Virus record (IMG/VR): IMGVR_UViG_3300030380_002570
Source: an uncultured virus (IMG/VR IMGVR_UViG_3300030380_002570)
Taxonomy: Duplodnaviria > Heunggongvirae > Uroviricota > Caudoviricetes
Length of the DNA: 64,000 nt
Direction: 5' to 3' (one strand)
The notes under the pieces are model-generated. The model saw nothing but the letters and a program-made list of their open reading frames with translations, was not told the origin of the DNA and made no database searches. This document shows positions 35,601 through 44,763 of the stretch, piece by piece. Every line of letters starts with the position of its first letter. Position 1 is the first letter of the stretch. A program made the translations under genes and the position numbers.

Positions 35601-37881
35601 GCCCCATGTCTGGGTTTTCTTTGAGTGCCGCTACCGCCCTTCTAAATTGATCACCCGTGTATGGCTTGAGCTTGAATACTGGCAGCACAGTAGGGCTGTC
35701 AAAACGCGGGAGAGAGCGCATTTTCTGCGCGAACATTTTGAACTCGCCATCTGACATCTCACTTAGAGGTGTTCCGGGCGCAACCCCAGCAAACCTCTCC
35801 GCCAAGTACTGTAGCTCTGGCGAATCGATAGGAGAGATTATGTTCTTTGCATCTAGAATGTTCTGCAAGAACTGCCGTGCAGGGAACTTGTCTCGGTATA
35901 CAGACTCATCAACTCGACCAATGCCTGTGTTTGCATTTAGCTGATTGGCAAAAGCTTGAGCCTCTCCAGCATCACGCCCGAACCTCCTGATTCTAGGCAT
36001 GTTTTTCTTGTCAGCGCCTGTCTCAAGATACTCTTGCTTTTCTTTGTAGTTCAGCTTCCTGCCACGGATTACTTCGCCAGCACTACTGACAACAACAAAG
36101 TCTGGCACCGTAGCGTTCTTCTTCCTTCGATCTTCAACCCGATAGCTTTCGGTCTCGACCAGACCGTTCAGCCTTGTGTCAACGATGTTAGGGAACTTGT
36201 CGCCAAGCTCTTCTTTGACTTCCTCCAATGTGAAGTTGTTTGATAGCGGTAAGCCCTGCTCCATGCGCCTGCGATTGATCCGCTGCGATGCAGTCATCCT
36301 AGCTTCTGGGCGCACACCATTTGCAACGTCACGGATGATGGAGGCTGTGTCTTCGCCCTCGTAAAACCCACGGTCAACAGTAGTTTCTGCGGCAGCGTCT
36401 ACAGATGGCCCGATGAACGTCATCTGATCAGGGTCATTAGCAGCAATGTTGTATCGCCTTAGCGTCTTCTTCTGCTGCTCGTCGTAAACGTTTGGAGATG
36501 ACTCGACTAAAGCTTCGCCAGCATCGTATACGTTGCTCAACTCTACCTGTCGATTGAGAGCGCCAGCTAGTGCAGCAGCATCGCTACGACTCTCAACTGG
36601 CTGGCTGTATGCATAGCCCTCTGCGTCAACAACAGAGAAGCTGTCGCCATTATCTTGTATGGAGAAGGTGTTTCTTTTTGACGGGAACGCTCGTCCCATC
36701 TGGCGTGATATCTCAAGAGCCGTCTCATCAACAGTGCCTCTTGGCTTTATAGTCGATGCCCTGTCTCGTGCGGCGGCAGATACGTCAGCCTCTATATCAA
36801 CGTCTCGTCGGCCTTCTAACTGCTGCTGCGCTTCCATATCAGCAGCGATCTCATTTATCAGGGCGGCACCACGCTCCATGTCAAGATCTGCGGAAAGATC
36901 AGCGTCTTGCTGCGCTATCAAGTCTTCTCGTTCTTTAATCTTCGCCTGCTCTTTTTCCAGAGCAGAGTCATAGTTGGCCTTGTTTCTGCGACCAGCAATG
37001 GCGTTAACAACTAGGTCTGCACCGGCACCAACAGCGCCACCAACAGTGAACTCATCGTATAGTGTTGGCCCAAGTAACTCGGCGTCCTCGTTGTATACGC
37101 CTTTCTCAATGGCATTCTGCGCGATACTAGCCAAGACTTCTTGAGTAGCCTCGACGCCGCCGGTTCTCAGGGCAGAGTTTAAGACCTCTCTGTATCCCTT
37201 AGGCAGCTTGATGTTTCCCTTAGCGTCAATCCTCTTGAGCAGTCTTGTTGGAGCAGCTAGTTCACTGAGTCCGACAATGCCGCTAAGAATAGCAGCGGTG
37301 TCTTCTTGATCTTCTGAGACATCAATGCCTCTTGCTCTTGCAGCTTCTACCTGCTGCATCTGTGTGCCCGTGCCAGAGCCAACAGCTAAAGTTCCCGTAG
37401 CACCAGCCCCAAGAATCTTTGCGCCCTTGCCTGCCAAGCCTGCCAAACGTAACGCTGCTGCCGGGGTAAAGAACGTGGCAAACGAACCGATACCTTCACC
37501 GAACTTGGTGATCCATGTGTCTCGGTAGGCTTCATCAGCCCCAAGGTATTCGTCTATTGCCTGTCTGCCTTCGCGTGAGGCCGCTACAAGGGCGTTCTCA
37601 TCGCCATCGTCTATGACATCCTCGAATCCAGCGAGGTTTGTGGCGGCGTCAGATAGCTCTCCAACGCCCTCTCCAGCAGAGACAAAGGTGTTACCGAACC
37701 CACGACCAATAGCTTTACCGAACTCAAAGGTTTGACCGCTAATCGTGCGCTCATCTGCGAACTGATCTTCAACAACGTCCTCGACACCCAATACGCGCTT
37801 TACTGTGCCCTGTATAACTGATGGGTCTGTTCCATCAGGGAACTCCAGTATCCTGCCGTCAGGCAGTTGAGCCTCTATCAT
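29671..37881 (-). CDS. Giant polyvalent internal virion/ejection protein (metallopeptidase HEMIH, ParB-like GHEGRHR, glycosylase-like TIDTHA, C-terminal LPD38-like)
   Basis: 2736-aa ORF at the end of the ejection gene cluster; motifs read from the translation. Confidence 0.75.
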   Translation of the reverse strand: MIEAQLPDGRILEFPDGTDPSVIQGTVKRVLGVEDVVEDQFADERTISGQTFEFGKAIGRGFGNTFVSAGEGVGELSDAATNLAGFEDVIDDGDENALVAASREGRQAIDEYLGADEAYRDTWITKFGEGIGSFATFFTPAAALRLAGLAGKGAKILGAGATGTLAVGSGTGTQMQQVEAARARGIDVSEDQEDTAAILSGIVGLSELAAPTRLLKRIDAKGNIKLPKGYREVLNSALRTGGVEATQEVLASIAQNAIEKGVYNEDAELLGPTLYDEFTVGGAVGAGADLVVNAIAGRRNKANYDSALEKEQAKIKEREDLIAQQDADLSADLDMERGAALINEIAADMEAQQQLEGRRDVDIEADVSAAARDRASTIKPRGTVDETALEISRQMGRAFPSKRNTFSIQDNGDSFSVVDAEGYAYSQPVESRSDAAALAGALNRQVELSNVYDAGEALVESSPNVYDEQQKKTLRRYNIAANDPDQMTFIGPSVDAAAETTVDRGFYEGEDTASIIRDVANGVRPEARMTASQRINRRRMEQGLPLSNNFTLEEVKEELGDKFPNIVDTRLNGLVETESYRVEDRRKKNATVPDFVVVSSAGEVIRGRKLNYKEKQEYLETGADKKNMPRIRRFGRDAGEAQAFANQLNANTGIGRVDESVYRDKFPARQFLQNILDAKNIISPIDSPELQYLAERFAGVAPGTPLSEMSDGEFKMFAQKMRSLPRFDSPTVLPVFKLKPYTGDQFRRAVAALKENPDMGPAQLAEAIGDFQIDGDVSPTALDSLLEDAKAQGITKTEQEPLLLEGPSIDQRQDIEIQQFESALAKQMQGMNVGDVPVNVSHALRNVLRDAGGNLVYGIRKRRKGEQVDPELVVGGTMGSQRFVRDDVVDPDAQEDQVTEGYYLPEMNQIFLSIDAVANDPALTDQQIEARLADVLNHEMIHAMRTMDLFTKSEWKILSGRAGVLKKGNQTYTEWAAKGYPQLNPVQQMEEAVAEMVRDQRANPSLVSGKPANLLRRATRFMSAMKNALDGSGFRSFEGIIDDISSGRVGSRPRDEVRTLQFTEREAGVSATAPSQVLPTAGAEDDPSRVGKQGGPRMADFIEQPVFSRGRDIKTSQVRELMDSSPITQQFLDPERVDYQFRDAVDPSSRSTVTMMTPNEFLKLAATGVDRSKTERVDAMAAAGQKFQPNFLQFTANERGAASITGHEGRHRARYYASQGYGDTLMPVTLTSVGGGAGELRFGESDARPSALYKEDDGGFVGIVSRSSVYDPDEKAAALESLQLKFPKTIPFDLYGFTEDGIPMFDTKPVLKDRDYTGPVFSRKAKGQVSTRFPTAVRRTEDPLDDLLVNDYQAFTGDKPVFTKNMALIKDASIYPILRKDRALRTDEQKAESFVEAVKDNLLYIYDMVDPSIRETSKLWYEGANKLAQRMASKHNISLEQASAVLANLSPQKDWYMNASLGERTADIFFEQADTPFNGEMMDTAKRLYLKKDASAKSKAISSKILPEIDGKTINEILAGDPDKVNLQLAYYIRTYDETYNSRAHRIISPDGTIMDYVKTVKGEDAGAGWGSMNEIAKAIIALRSNDIDVISSSLGTQNKVRNFYNNIFDPQSDLGFVTIDTHAVAAGLLQPLSGKSEPVMHNFGGGVVGKTGASSSKVTGINGTYSLFEEAYRRAAAERGVLAREMQSITWEAVRGVFSPSYKNNEDNVKFVDNVWRQYNKRLIDLDKARQEVLLHASAGQIPNPDWADRPRDAVSEGEQPPTYEDNVSYASVSRPEAGGPAFSRRRSGASRADTGLARKRIPDGQVKATVEANAEKARDFASGYAPKINPSADPYAQAVAADPDKGQKLSREQQIMFSRGNEPERPGDVQRTMDKLVANPANITPGETYLNVLERGPIRNFITALKQGTVFRYAQFEALEKTLDRDVMASSAALPALMAADRSNAIAGAAIKYGNAVYKDGRTTVEDFSHTFSADSSRPGETVQFRGLAGVMGLLFNDKGSLEKDAQAYAIARRAEGLRKRGIDSPGTPEEQLQIIQYVERNHPEIKDWYEVWQAYNAKTIQFLRDTGVLDAEMAEIWAAQSDYVPFYRQAEGRDVPNAPNMFGGLTTAGSFKGITGTDTALNVPLLDAITTNMAAAISMGMNNVAQQRVVRNMVRYGLAYELPKGKSGKGLNVVTFRVQGKDRKFVIDDPLVFTSLQPMEGGAGYDLLNTIFGVPANILRETVTRAPPFVAANMMRDTLSAYQTSGADFVPIVDTLRGFAKDMSELERSGVVGGYDFSKDPADIGKFMTTQLRKQGAIKDDRGLTTKLLMGIWDGLGDITTRSDFATRKAVHDDVLARTGDRAEAEFQALEVMNFGRRGSHPVMRLLTTAVPFLNARMQGLDLLLNAATGVRSSNKELSRRKAVGSFIARAGILAASSAMYYLLVSDSEDYQEATEEERDNNWIIPMPFGIPALKYPIPFEVGLLFKTLPERMMREMTGDTTGRQTRESLQRAVVSTLEVPVTGPQIVAPLIETVANYNSFTGRSIVPQYLSGLAGESQVLSSTSEVAKLASEFAPFDLSPIKMDHLIRGYTGTIGSYVLALSDLALKSETLTGDKTKLLPARPIYDSPLLRRFFTREFGAGRTEEFYDMAGYVDEVYKTYRKLRVDRPEQAERYIAGREYLLPMYREQAEIRRGLSRLRKEEQAIRRMDISPEEKQERIREVQTRKRLYLEVVPMMRQQIEIPAFDVGSGLR
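32487..32672 (-). CDS. Nested out-of-frame small protein (61 aa) inside the giant ORF
   Basis: AAGAGGT SD 8 nt upstream of ATG; amphipathic sequence DPVMQYLK..LPLTR..YL.LAYP..LSAEEEAELP. Confidence 0.6.
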   Translation of the reverse strand: MRQQDKSPTQTGPIDPVMQYLKASNLPLTRTTYLTLAYPDQKLEGQLSAEEEAELPEQIQV

Positions 37882-40118
37882 TGGATTGGATCACCTTTGT
37901 CATCAAATTTAAGACGTTGATTGCCTTTCCCTGTGTTAGGGGTTTTACCAATCTGGCTAAACTTTGGGCCTTTGTATATTACACCCATCATTGATGTTGC
38001 TTGTTGTATCAAGAAGTCCGCTATGTCTGTCTTCTGATCTGGGGTCATTCCGTCTGAGATCAAATCATCCATAGCAGACGTGACGTATTGCAGAACCGCT
38101 CTTTCGTTGAGAGCTTCCCTATCAAGCTTGTCACCTTCTTCCTTCTCAACCTTGAGCAAGAACTCTTGGAGATTGACTTGCATTCCAAGAACAGTCTTTT
38201 CTGCTGCGGCTTGACTGACATTGAAATCCTTCAGCCCAGCAATCCTAACCTTCTGAGCTTCGACTTCACGCTTTTGCCTGTCTATCTCAGAAGCAAACGC
38301 CGCGTCCATTTCTGATTTCTTCAGGCCAAGTCTAGCTGCACGATCCTTAGCCTCAACTGCACGTCTCTGTGCGTTGGATGCCGCAACAACCTTGCCTGCC
38401 TCAGACAGCCCCTCACCCAACTTGCCGCGAGCGATGCCTGCGCCTAGAGCAATTAGCGACTGAGCACCTCGCTCACTCTTGATATCTTCTAGCTGCTTCT
38501 GAGTCTCTGCTTCGTACTCATCTACCAAGGCTTTGTATGACAGCGTTGGACGCTTCTGATTTTCTATCAGATCAGCCAAGCCCAATGCCTCGCTGTACAC
38601 ATCTGCCGCATTGAACATGTCACTAGTAGTAGCTCTCATGGCGTCTTCAACTATCTTTTCATAGTTCGACTTTAAGCCTGTGGCTCCTGTGCCTTGAACA
38701 CTGGTGCCTCCAGTGCCATCTCCGCCTGTGTCCTTCGTCTCTGTGTAGTCAGTCAGGTTTATGCCGTACTGTTCCATGAACGTCTTTGGTTCATTACCAG
38801 CGGCATTCGGAGCCAAGATTGCACTGAGAGCGTCAGAAGTAAAATCTTTAGTGTCAGCCCTTTTAGCGTCAGTTTGTTGAGCGTTGAAGGAAACGGGTTT
38901 TGGCGATGCAGCGTCAACCAAAGCTTCCTGCTCTGCCCTGCGCCGAGCCATTATCTCTTGCTTGGTTGCGCTCAAAGGAGGGTTTTGTTTTCTTTCGGCT
39001 ATCCTGTCCGTCATGGCTCTCATTTGAGCCGTAGGCGTGTCCCCGATAGGAGGGCCAGCCACTTCTGCATCCCGTCTTGCTTGGGATTGCTGACGCAACA
39101 GATCTGCATACTCATTCATATTAGCGTCTTGTACTAGCTGACTTGTACGCGCCGCCAGCTTAGGATCTGTTCCCTGAGGAGCCACTGTCTCGCCGGTCAT
39201 CTTGGAAAGCTCAGACGCATACATGCGATCAACGTCCGTAACTGGGAACGTCTTGATGTCAGGGTATCGGCTCGGATCTTGATCCACTATGTTCCTGAAT
39301 CCACCAACGTTCTTGTCATACATCTCTTGCGTGTATGCGGTTTGTGGTGCGCTGAATGTGCCCACTGCTTCACTAGGCTGTCTGTTACGCCTTTCCCTAG
39401 AGCCAGCAGACAACTCATCTAGGAACGCCTGAGACGGTTTATCAACCATCCGCTGCCTCATTGCCGGGCTTGTATTTGGATAAAATCGTCTGTCAGTGTC
39501 GAACTCTTCGGGGTCTCGTGGCGTAGGCTTGAAGTCCCCCATAGCGTCAACAACAGGAGCTTGACTTCCAAATACCTGATCTAGCGCCGCATATGCAGCG
39601 TTGCCCGGACGCACGATGTCTGTCAAGGGAGTGTTCTCCACGACGCTGCCAACTCCCTGCTTATTAGGAGGCATAACCGTAGAATTTGGCTGGTCAGTGA
39701 CGCTATGCACCGAAGTCTCGTCAGCGTTGTTGTAGTAGTAGCCGCGCAGTCTTTCCATCACGTCTTCCCTAGTGACCCCTTGATCCGCTAGCTGTTGCAA
39801 GAATTTTATTCTTGGGTCATCAGCAGAGAAAGGGACGCTTCGACCAGCAGCCATCGGCACAGGAGCGCCCATAGCAGCCTGCATCTGGGGATCTGGGGGC
39901 GCAATAGCAGCTATGCCCTGCTGAACAACCTGATCCTTGACCGTGCCTTGAGGAGCCTGTTGTTGCTGATCAGCGAAACGTTTACGCATATCCGTGCGTC
40001 TTTGTATCTCTGAGATCACAAGGAACTGAGGCACCTGACCAGTAGGAGCTTCAGCTTCCTGCTGTAGCCTCTGATCTGGCAGCCCCTTAATCATGTCTTC
40101 AACATCTAGTATGTTCAT
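37878..40118 (-). CDS. Putative internal virion/ejection protein
   Basis: 746 aa, helical and low-complexity; coupled to the giant ORF. Confidence 0.65.
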   Translation of the reverse strand: MNILDVEDMIKGLPDQRLQQEAEAPTGQVPQFLVISEIQRRTDMRKRFADQQQQAPQGTVKDQVVQQGIAAIAPPDPQMQAAMGAPVPMAAGRSVPFSADDPRIKFLQQLADQGVTREDVMERLRGYYYNNADETSVHSVTDQPNSTVMPPNKQGVGSVVENTPLTDIVRPGNAAYAALDQVFGSQAPVVDAMGDFKPTPRDPEEFDTDRRFYPNTSPAMRQRMVDKPSQAFLDELSAGSRERRNRQPSEAVGTFSAPQTAYTQEMYDKNVGGFRNIVDQDPSRYPDIKTFPVTDVDRMYASELSKMTGETVAPQGTDPKLAARTSQLVQDANMNEYADLLRQQSQARRDAEVAGPPIGDTPTAQMRAMTDRIAERKQNPPLSATKQEIMARRRAEQEALVDAASPKPVSFNAQQTDAKRADTKDFTSDALSAILAPNAAGNEPKTFMEQYGINLTDYTETKDTGGDGTGGTSVQGTGATGLKSNYEKIVEDAMRATTSDMFNAADVYSEALGLADLIENQKRPTLSYKALVDEYEAETQKQLEDIKSERGAQSLIALGAGIARGKLGEGLSEAGKVVAASNAQRRAVEAKDRAARLGLKKSEMDAAFASEIDRQKREVEAQKVRIAGLKDFNVSQAAAEKTVLGMQVNLQEFLLKVEKEEGDKLDREALNERAVLQYVTSAMDDLISDGMTPDQKTDIADFLIQQATSMMGVIYKGPKFSQIGKTPNTGKGNQRLKFDDKGDPIQ

Positions 40119-40127
40119 AACTACTTA

Positions 40128-41840
40128 CTAACCCCGGTTGGCGTTATATAAACCGACACCGCCAATGCCTGCACCAAGCAATCGCTCAGTCTCGCTAGGG
40201 CCGCCAAAGCTTGTCGTTGTCGTTCCCGGCGTGACTGGTAACCCTTGAAGCATCGCGTTATAGAACGCTAGCTGTTCTCTTGGGAATGCCTGCTGACGCA
40301 AGAAGTCCTCATACCCCATGTCCATGCCGCGCTGTGACATCATGCGCTCAATCTCACCGGCAGCTTGCAGGTTCCTGAGACGCTCGATCTCCATACGCTG
40401 TGCATCTACGCCTAGCTGACCAAGCAAACGGGCGGAATCTAGCTGCTGACCACGATCAGCCCTGTCACTAGCAATGGCAGACAGACCGAGCCTTGCTCGC
40501 TGTTCTTCGAGTGCAGCGTTTTCCCGACGAGCAGCCATACGAGCTTGATTCTCAGCCTGATTGACCCGCTCTTGCATCTCTTGTGCCGTCAATCCAAGTT
40601 TTGCAGCTTGCTGTCTAGCTGCTTCACCAGCTTGGAACACAGCACGTTCTTCTTTCTGTTGAGCAAGTCTTAGCTGCTCATTGGTGCCGAACTGCTGTTG
40701 CTTGAACTTTTCCTCTGCCTGCCTTGCGGCTTCCTCTTGCTGCTGCGCCGTAAGCCCAAGCTTTGCTGCTTCTTGTTTAGCCTGCTCACCTGCTTGGAAT
40801 GCTGATTGTTCAAGCTTTTCCATCAGTGCTCTGCCGGATTCTGTTTGGGCAAACGCATCTTGCCTAAACTTCTCTTCCGCTTGTCTTGCCGCTTCCTCCG
40901 CTTGATCTGCACTGAGGCCAAGCTTTGCCGCTTCCTGCAACGCTTGCTGACGCTGGGCTGCCGCCTCTAAACCGAACTTGCCTTCGGATAGTCGCGCCCC
41001 TCTATCAGCTTCAAACGCCGCTTGAGCTTGCTTGAAGGCAGCCTGATCGCCAGTAGCCTGAATATCTGCAAGCTGCTTTCTCGTATCAGCGCCAAGCTCT
41101 GCCGACAAGATGGCTTCTCTATAGCCACCCAGACCACCTGATGCGGCAGCCTGCTGCTCTATCTTGGACTGGGCTATGTCAGATTGCTTTTGCGCTTCTT
41201 GCTTTTGAATATCCGTGACCAACTGCTGGTACGGGTTCATGTATTTTTCTAGTGTGGCTGGGTCTGCAATGGTGCCTGCTTGGAATCCCGGCCCTTGATC
41301 TATCCCGCCACCAGTATAGCGAGGATCAAATTCACCAGCCGAGTAGCCAGAAGTTAGGTCACGCGCTTGATAACCCTGATCCCGACTTCCTGCCTCATAC
41401 CCCGGATCAAAGCTACCAGCCTGATAGTCAACGCCTCGCTGGTCTGCCTGATATAGATTCCTGATGTTACCGGCTTGATAACCAGAGTCGATATCACCGG
41501 CACGGTACTCAGAGTACTGCGAGGGCGGCCTGTACCCCCGCATCACATCAGCGCCTGACATGAATGGGTCTGCCGTTCCTACCCGTGCTGCAATGTTGGA
41601 GGCATCAGTAAACTGCTGCGGCCCTCCTCTTGTCGCCATGTCCTCGAAACCTTGCATTCCCGCAAGCTCTCTGTCGGTAAACTCAGCGATTCTTTGACCG
41701 GGGTACGCTTCATATGGACGAGTCGATTCAAAGACCGTGCGTCCCATAAGCTCTTCAAAATAAGGACGGGCGTATTCTGGTATGTTTGTTTGTGTAACCT
41801 TGCTTTCTTGAACGCCGCTGCTGCCTTTACTCTTTCCCAT
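40128..41840 (-). CDS. Putative DNA ejection/pilot protein with coiled-coil repeats
   Basis: YMNPY motif, QAGE-x-A-x-Q-x-AAKLGL-x-AQ repeats, Gly-rich ends. Confidence 0.7.
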   Translation of the reverse strand: MGKSKGSSGVQESKVTQTNIPEYARPYFEELMGRTVFESTRPYEAYPGQRIAEFTDRELAGMQGFEDMATRGGPQQFTDASNIAARVGTADPFMSGADVMRGYRPPSQYSEYRAGDIDSGYQAGNIRNLYQADQRGVDYQAGSFDPGYEAGSRDQGYQARDLTSGYSAGEFDPRYTGGGIDQGPGFQAGTIADPATLEKYMNPYQQLVTDIQKQEAQKQSDIAQSKIEQQAAASGGLGGYREAILSAELGADTRKQLADIQATGDQAAFKQAQAAFEADRGARLSEGKFGLEAAAQRQQALQEAAKLGLSADQAEEAARQAEEKFRQDAFAQTESGRALMEKLEQSAFQAGEQAKQEAAKLGLTAQQQEEAARQAEEKFKQQQFGTNEQLRLAQQKEERAVFQAGEAARQQAAKLGLTAQEMQERVNQAENQARMAARRENAALEEQRARLGLSAIASDRADRGQQLDSARLLGQLGVDAQRMEIERLRNLQAAGEIERMMSQRGMDMGYEDFLRQQAFPREQLAFYNAMLQGLPVTPGTTTTSFGGPSETERLLGAGIGGVGLYNANRG

Positions 41841-42348
41841 CTTCTAGGCTCCTTTCATATACAACATACGATCTGGAAAACTCGTCTTGCTCAAGCCATT
41901 TCCAGAATCCCATACGCGCAGTGGCCTCTATGCCAGTGCAGTTTTCATCTCGACCAAATTCTTTGAAACGATCCAGCATGTCCCATACCCAACCGTTGAA
42001 ATTGTCGCCCCCAAGGAACTGTATCGCTAGCATTTTTTTCTCTGGGTACTGATAAATCTCAGTGGTTCCGACACCTTCGATGCGCTTGTCTTCATCAAAT
42101 GCGACCCACAACTGCTGACCGCCATTGAGTATCGCGGCATAAAGGAACTCTAGGTTCCAACGCCCATGAGATCTATCAACGGCCCTAGCTAGTTGCGGCT
42201 TCACTTCCGCCCAAAGAGTGTTTAGATAATTAGGCGGGATCATCGTGATCGTGTGAGTCACTTCTCTAGGCTCATCTTTACGCCTTACCTTAGGCTCTCT
42301 AGAGATGTCCTTGAACTGTGATGCGTCGAAGTCTAAAAGGTTGCTCAT
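41827..42348 (-). CDS. Putative GNAT-fold protein of the virion gene cluster
   Basis: QLW...T-E-I...FLGG...C-x-x-IE-x-x-AR-x-GF pattern. Confidence 0.55.
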   Translation of the reverse strand: MSNLLDFDASQFKDISREPKVRRKDEPREVTHTITMIPPNYLNTLWAEVKPQLARAVDRSHGRWNLEFLYAAILNGGQQLWVAFDEDKRIEGVGTTEIYQYPEKKMLAIQFLGGDNFNGWVWDMLDRFKEFGRDENCTGIEATARMGFWKWLEQDEFSRSYVVYERSLEDGKE

Positions 42349-44243
42349 GCTGGCAAGATCCCCCCTGCGCTAGCTTGAATAGGTGCTGGCTGCCTAGTGG
42401 TGCCAGTCCTTTCCATACGAACTCTATCCATCATACCCTCAAGCTCCTTTGCTCCAGCAGAGCTGTCGCCGTCACCCAGTCCAGAGACCACGTCGCCGGG
42501 AACAATGAACTCGCCGGGAGATACAGCAACAGGCTGCTGATCACCAATCATGCCGGGAATCATGTCATCCATGCCGCCGCCTTGACCTTGAATCATCCCC
42601 TCTTTCTGAGATCCGGGCACGATTCCTTCAAGCACTTGAGACCTTAATGCTTGAAAGGCTTCTATGCCAAACTCATCAATGAACCGCTTGATGACAACGT
42701 CTGTTTCTTCTTCTGACAATCGACCCATCAGAGCCATTGCAGTCTGATCGACAAGCATCTTCTCCATGCCAGCGTTGGTTTCACCGCCACCCTGCATGCC
42801 GTATGCCTCGCCATATCGCATACCAGCTATGTCATCTTGAGTTGTTTCATCGACGGGATTTCGATCAAGATAGTCTTGAGCAGCCTTACGCTTTCGCGTA
42901 GACACTGACTGCCTGTTTATTATCTCCAATGCTTCAGCGCGTTTCGCTGGATCTGCTGCCGCCATGAATGGATTGTCTGACTGACTTGATGCCATGACCG
43001 CAGCGGTATCAGCGGTGCCAGTGGTATCCGTGCTTCCCGTGTCTGTCCCTGTTTCTGCTTTAGCAGGGTTGCGGAAGTACATGATTTCTGGATCTATTCC
43101 GGGACGATATCCCTCAAGATCTGCCGGGGTAATAACTTCACTTCCCCTGAGGTTCTGTTGAGCCAGTCTAGGGCCAAGATTCCCCGGCCCTAAACCAAAT
43201 CCTCCAGACAGATTCGATGCTGTCATAGGATTGAAGTCAGTATTTGATGGGCCACCACCCATCATCCTCTTCACTGGAGGCGCTTCGCCTGCCAGACCGT
43301 AAACGCCTGACACCGTATCCATGTAGTTCTGTGGATTGATGCTGGTAATGCCGCCCTCTGCCAGACCGCCCACACCACCAGATGTGCTGCCGTATCTGCT
43401 TGCCTCTAAGCCAGCCCTATTGCGCCGATAGTCTTCCTCTCGCTCTTCCGCAGACAGCCCGAACATGCGTTCCATTTCGTCAAGACGCTCTATCTCTGCG
43501 CGTTGACCTTCGCCTACTGCGATTGGGATAGCGGCACTAGGAGTCAGCAAGCCCTTGCCAATATCGGCAAGCCCCCCTTCTTTCACAACGTCAAAAGCAG
43601 ACATGTCGGATGCTAGATCTTTAGCTACATCAGCACCTGCTCTAGCAGTCTCCGCTTGAGCTATAAAAGGATTGTTCGCTGCGGTTAAAGCGTCAGGAGT
43701 TGCTCCCTTCGCTATCTCCTGCGCTTTAGATAGATCCGCTAATTTTTCGGCATCAGTCGCTGCCTGCTCAAAGCCTTGAACACCCTGCAAGGCTTCCGCC
43801 CCAGCCTGCACCGCTTTATCTACACCAAACGTAGTGGCGGCAGAGGTGGCAGCCTTCCCTAGGTCAAAATCCGTACCAGTTAAACCGGCGCGTAAGCCCT
43901 CTGTTGTTATACCTTTTAACGCTAACATGCCCAGCTTTCCGCCCAGTCCGCCAGCGACACCGGCAAGCGTCCCGCCAAGAGCAGTAGAGCCAAGAAAGCT
44001 ACCAATACCAGTGGCTAATGCGCTGCCCCCGATACTGCTAGCAAGTGCAGCCAAGATAGGAAGGAACGCTTCAGGCTGCCCCGTTTCAGGGTTGATGGTT
44101 AACTCCCCTGTAGGCGACAGTGATGCGAGACCTTCGACCTCAATCGGGTTCATGTGAACCAGCATTGAATCTCCGAATCGTCCCTGTCGGGCCATCTCTT
44201 CAGCCATTGGCTGCATTGGGAAAGGGGCTTGTTGCATATTCAT
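42345..44243 (-). CDS. Putative internal virion protein
   Basis: GRFGD-x-x-LVH, INPETGQPEAF, G-x-G-x-G-x-x-D-x-IP, S-x-GEFIVP-x-DVVS-x-LGDG motifs. Confidence 0.7.
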   Translation of the reverse strand: MNMQQAPFPMQPMAEEMARQGRFGDSMLVHMNPIEVEGLASLSPTGELTINPETGQPEAFLPILAALASSIGGSALATGIGSFLGSTALGGTLAGVAGGLGGKLGMLALKGITTEGLRAGLTGTDFDLGKAATSAATTFGVDKAVQAGAEALQGVQGFEQAATDAEKLADLSKAQEIAKGATPDALTAANNPFIAQAETARAGADVAKDLASDMSAFDVVKEGGLADIGKGLLTPSAAIPIAVGEGQRAEIERLDEMERMFGLSAEEREEDYRRNRAGLEASRYGSTSGGVGGLAEGGITSINPQNYMDTVSGVYGLAGEAPPVKRMMGGGPSNTDFNPMTASNLSGGFGLGPGNLGPRLAQQNLRGSEVITPADLEGYRPGIDPEIMYFRNPAKAETGTDTGSTDTTGTADTAAVMASSQSDNPFMAAADPAKRAEALEIINRQSVSTRKRKAAQDYLDRNPVDETTQDDIAGMRYGEAYGMQGGGETNAGMEKMLVDQTAMALMGRLSEEETDVVIKRFIDEFGIEAFQALRSQVLEGIVPGSQKEGMIQGQGGGMDDMIPGMIGDQQPVAVSPGEFIVPGDVVSGLGDGDSSAGAKELEGMMDRVRMERTGTTRQPAPIQASAGGILPA

Positions 44244-44572
44244 TAGGTGGTCTCCACGCCGAATAGGTTGAAGCTTATATCTCCAGAACTAGCGTAGACC
44301 TTCACGACATCTGTTTGTGACAGGCATATGCCAATCACTACAGTCCTCGCGGTACTACCAGCTATTGCTTCGTTGAAAAAAATGAATTGTTTGTCATCTG
44401 CACCAGCACCAGCAACGTGAATGCTGACCCTGAACGAGCCAACTAATGCGTTCTGATTACAGATAACGAGGGAACTTACTGTAGTCTGGGTAAGATTGGG
44501 CACCGTGTACAACGTCGTAGTGGTTGTCGCGCTAGGATTTACCTGTCCCAAAACCTTGATTACGTCTGTCAC
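44243..44572 (-). CDS. Small virion beta-sandwich protein
   Basis: TTLYTVP...ICN pattern in the tail cluster. Confidence 0.6.
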   Translation of the reverse strand: MTDVIKVLGQVNPSATTTTTLYTVPNLTQTTVSSLVICNQNALVGSFRVSIHVAGAGADDKQFIFFNEAIAGSTARTVVIGICLSQTDVVKVYASSGDISFNLFGVETT

Positions 44573-44763
44573 GAGGCACCCATTAGAAGGAATTGATGCC
44601 TACGTAACGCTAGCGAACTCTGCTTGTCACCCTGCGTCTTTGCGATATTGATATCGTTCTCGACTCTGTTCAGTGCAATCTCAAGAGTGCGGCGTGTGTA
44701 AGCCTCATTCTCTTGCTGATACTCTAACTCTGGGATGGGCAGGGGTTGCTCAAGTATGCTCAT
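44569..44763 (-). CDS. Hypothetical tail-cluster protein
   Basis: Coupled at both ends. Confidence 0.6.
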   Translation of the reverse strand: MSILEQPLPIPELEYQQENEAYTRRTLEIALNRVENDINIAKTQGDKQSSLALRRHQFLLMGAS

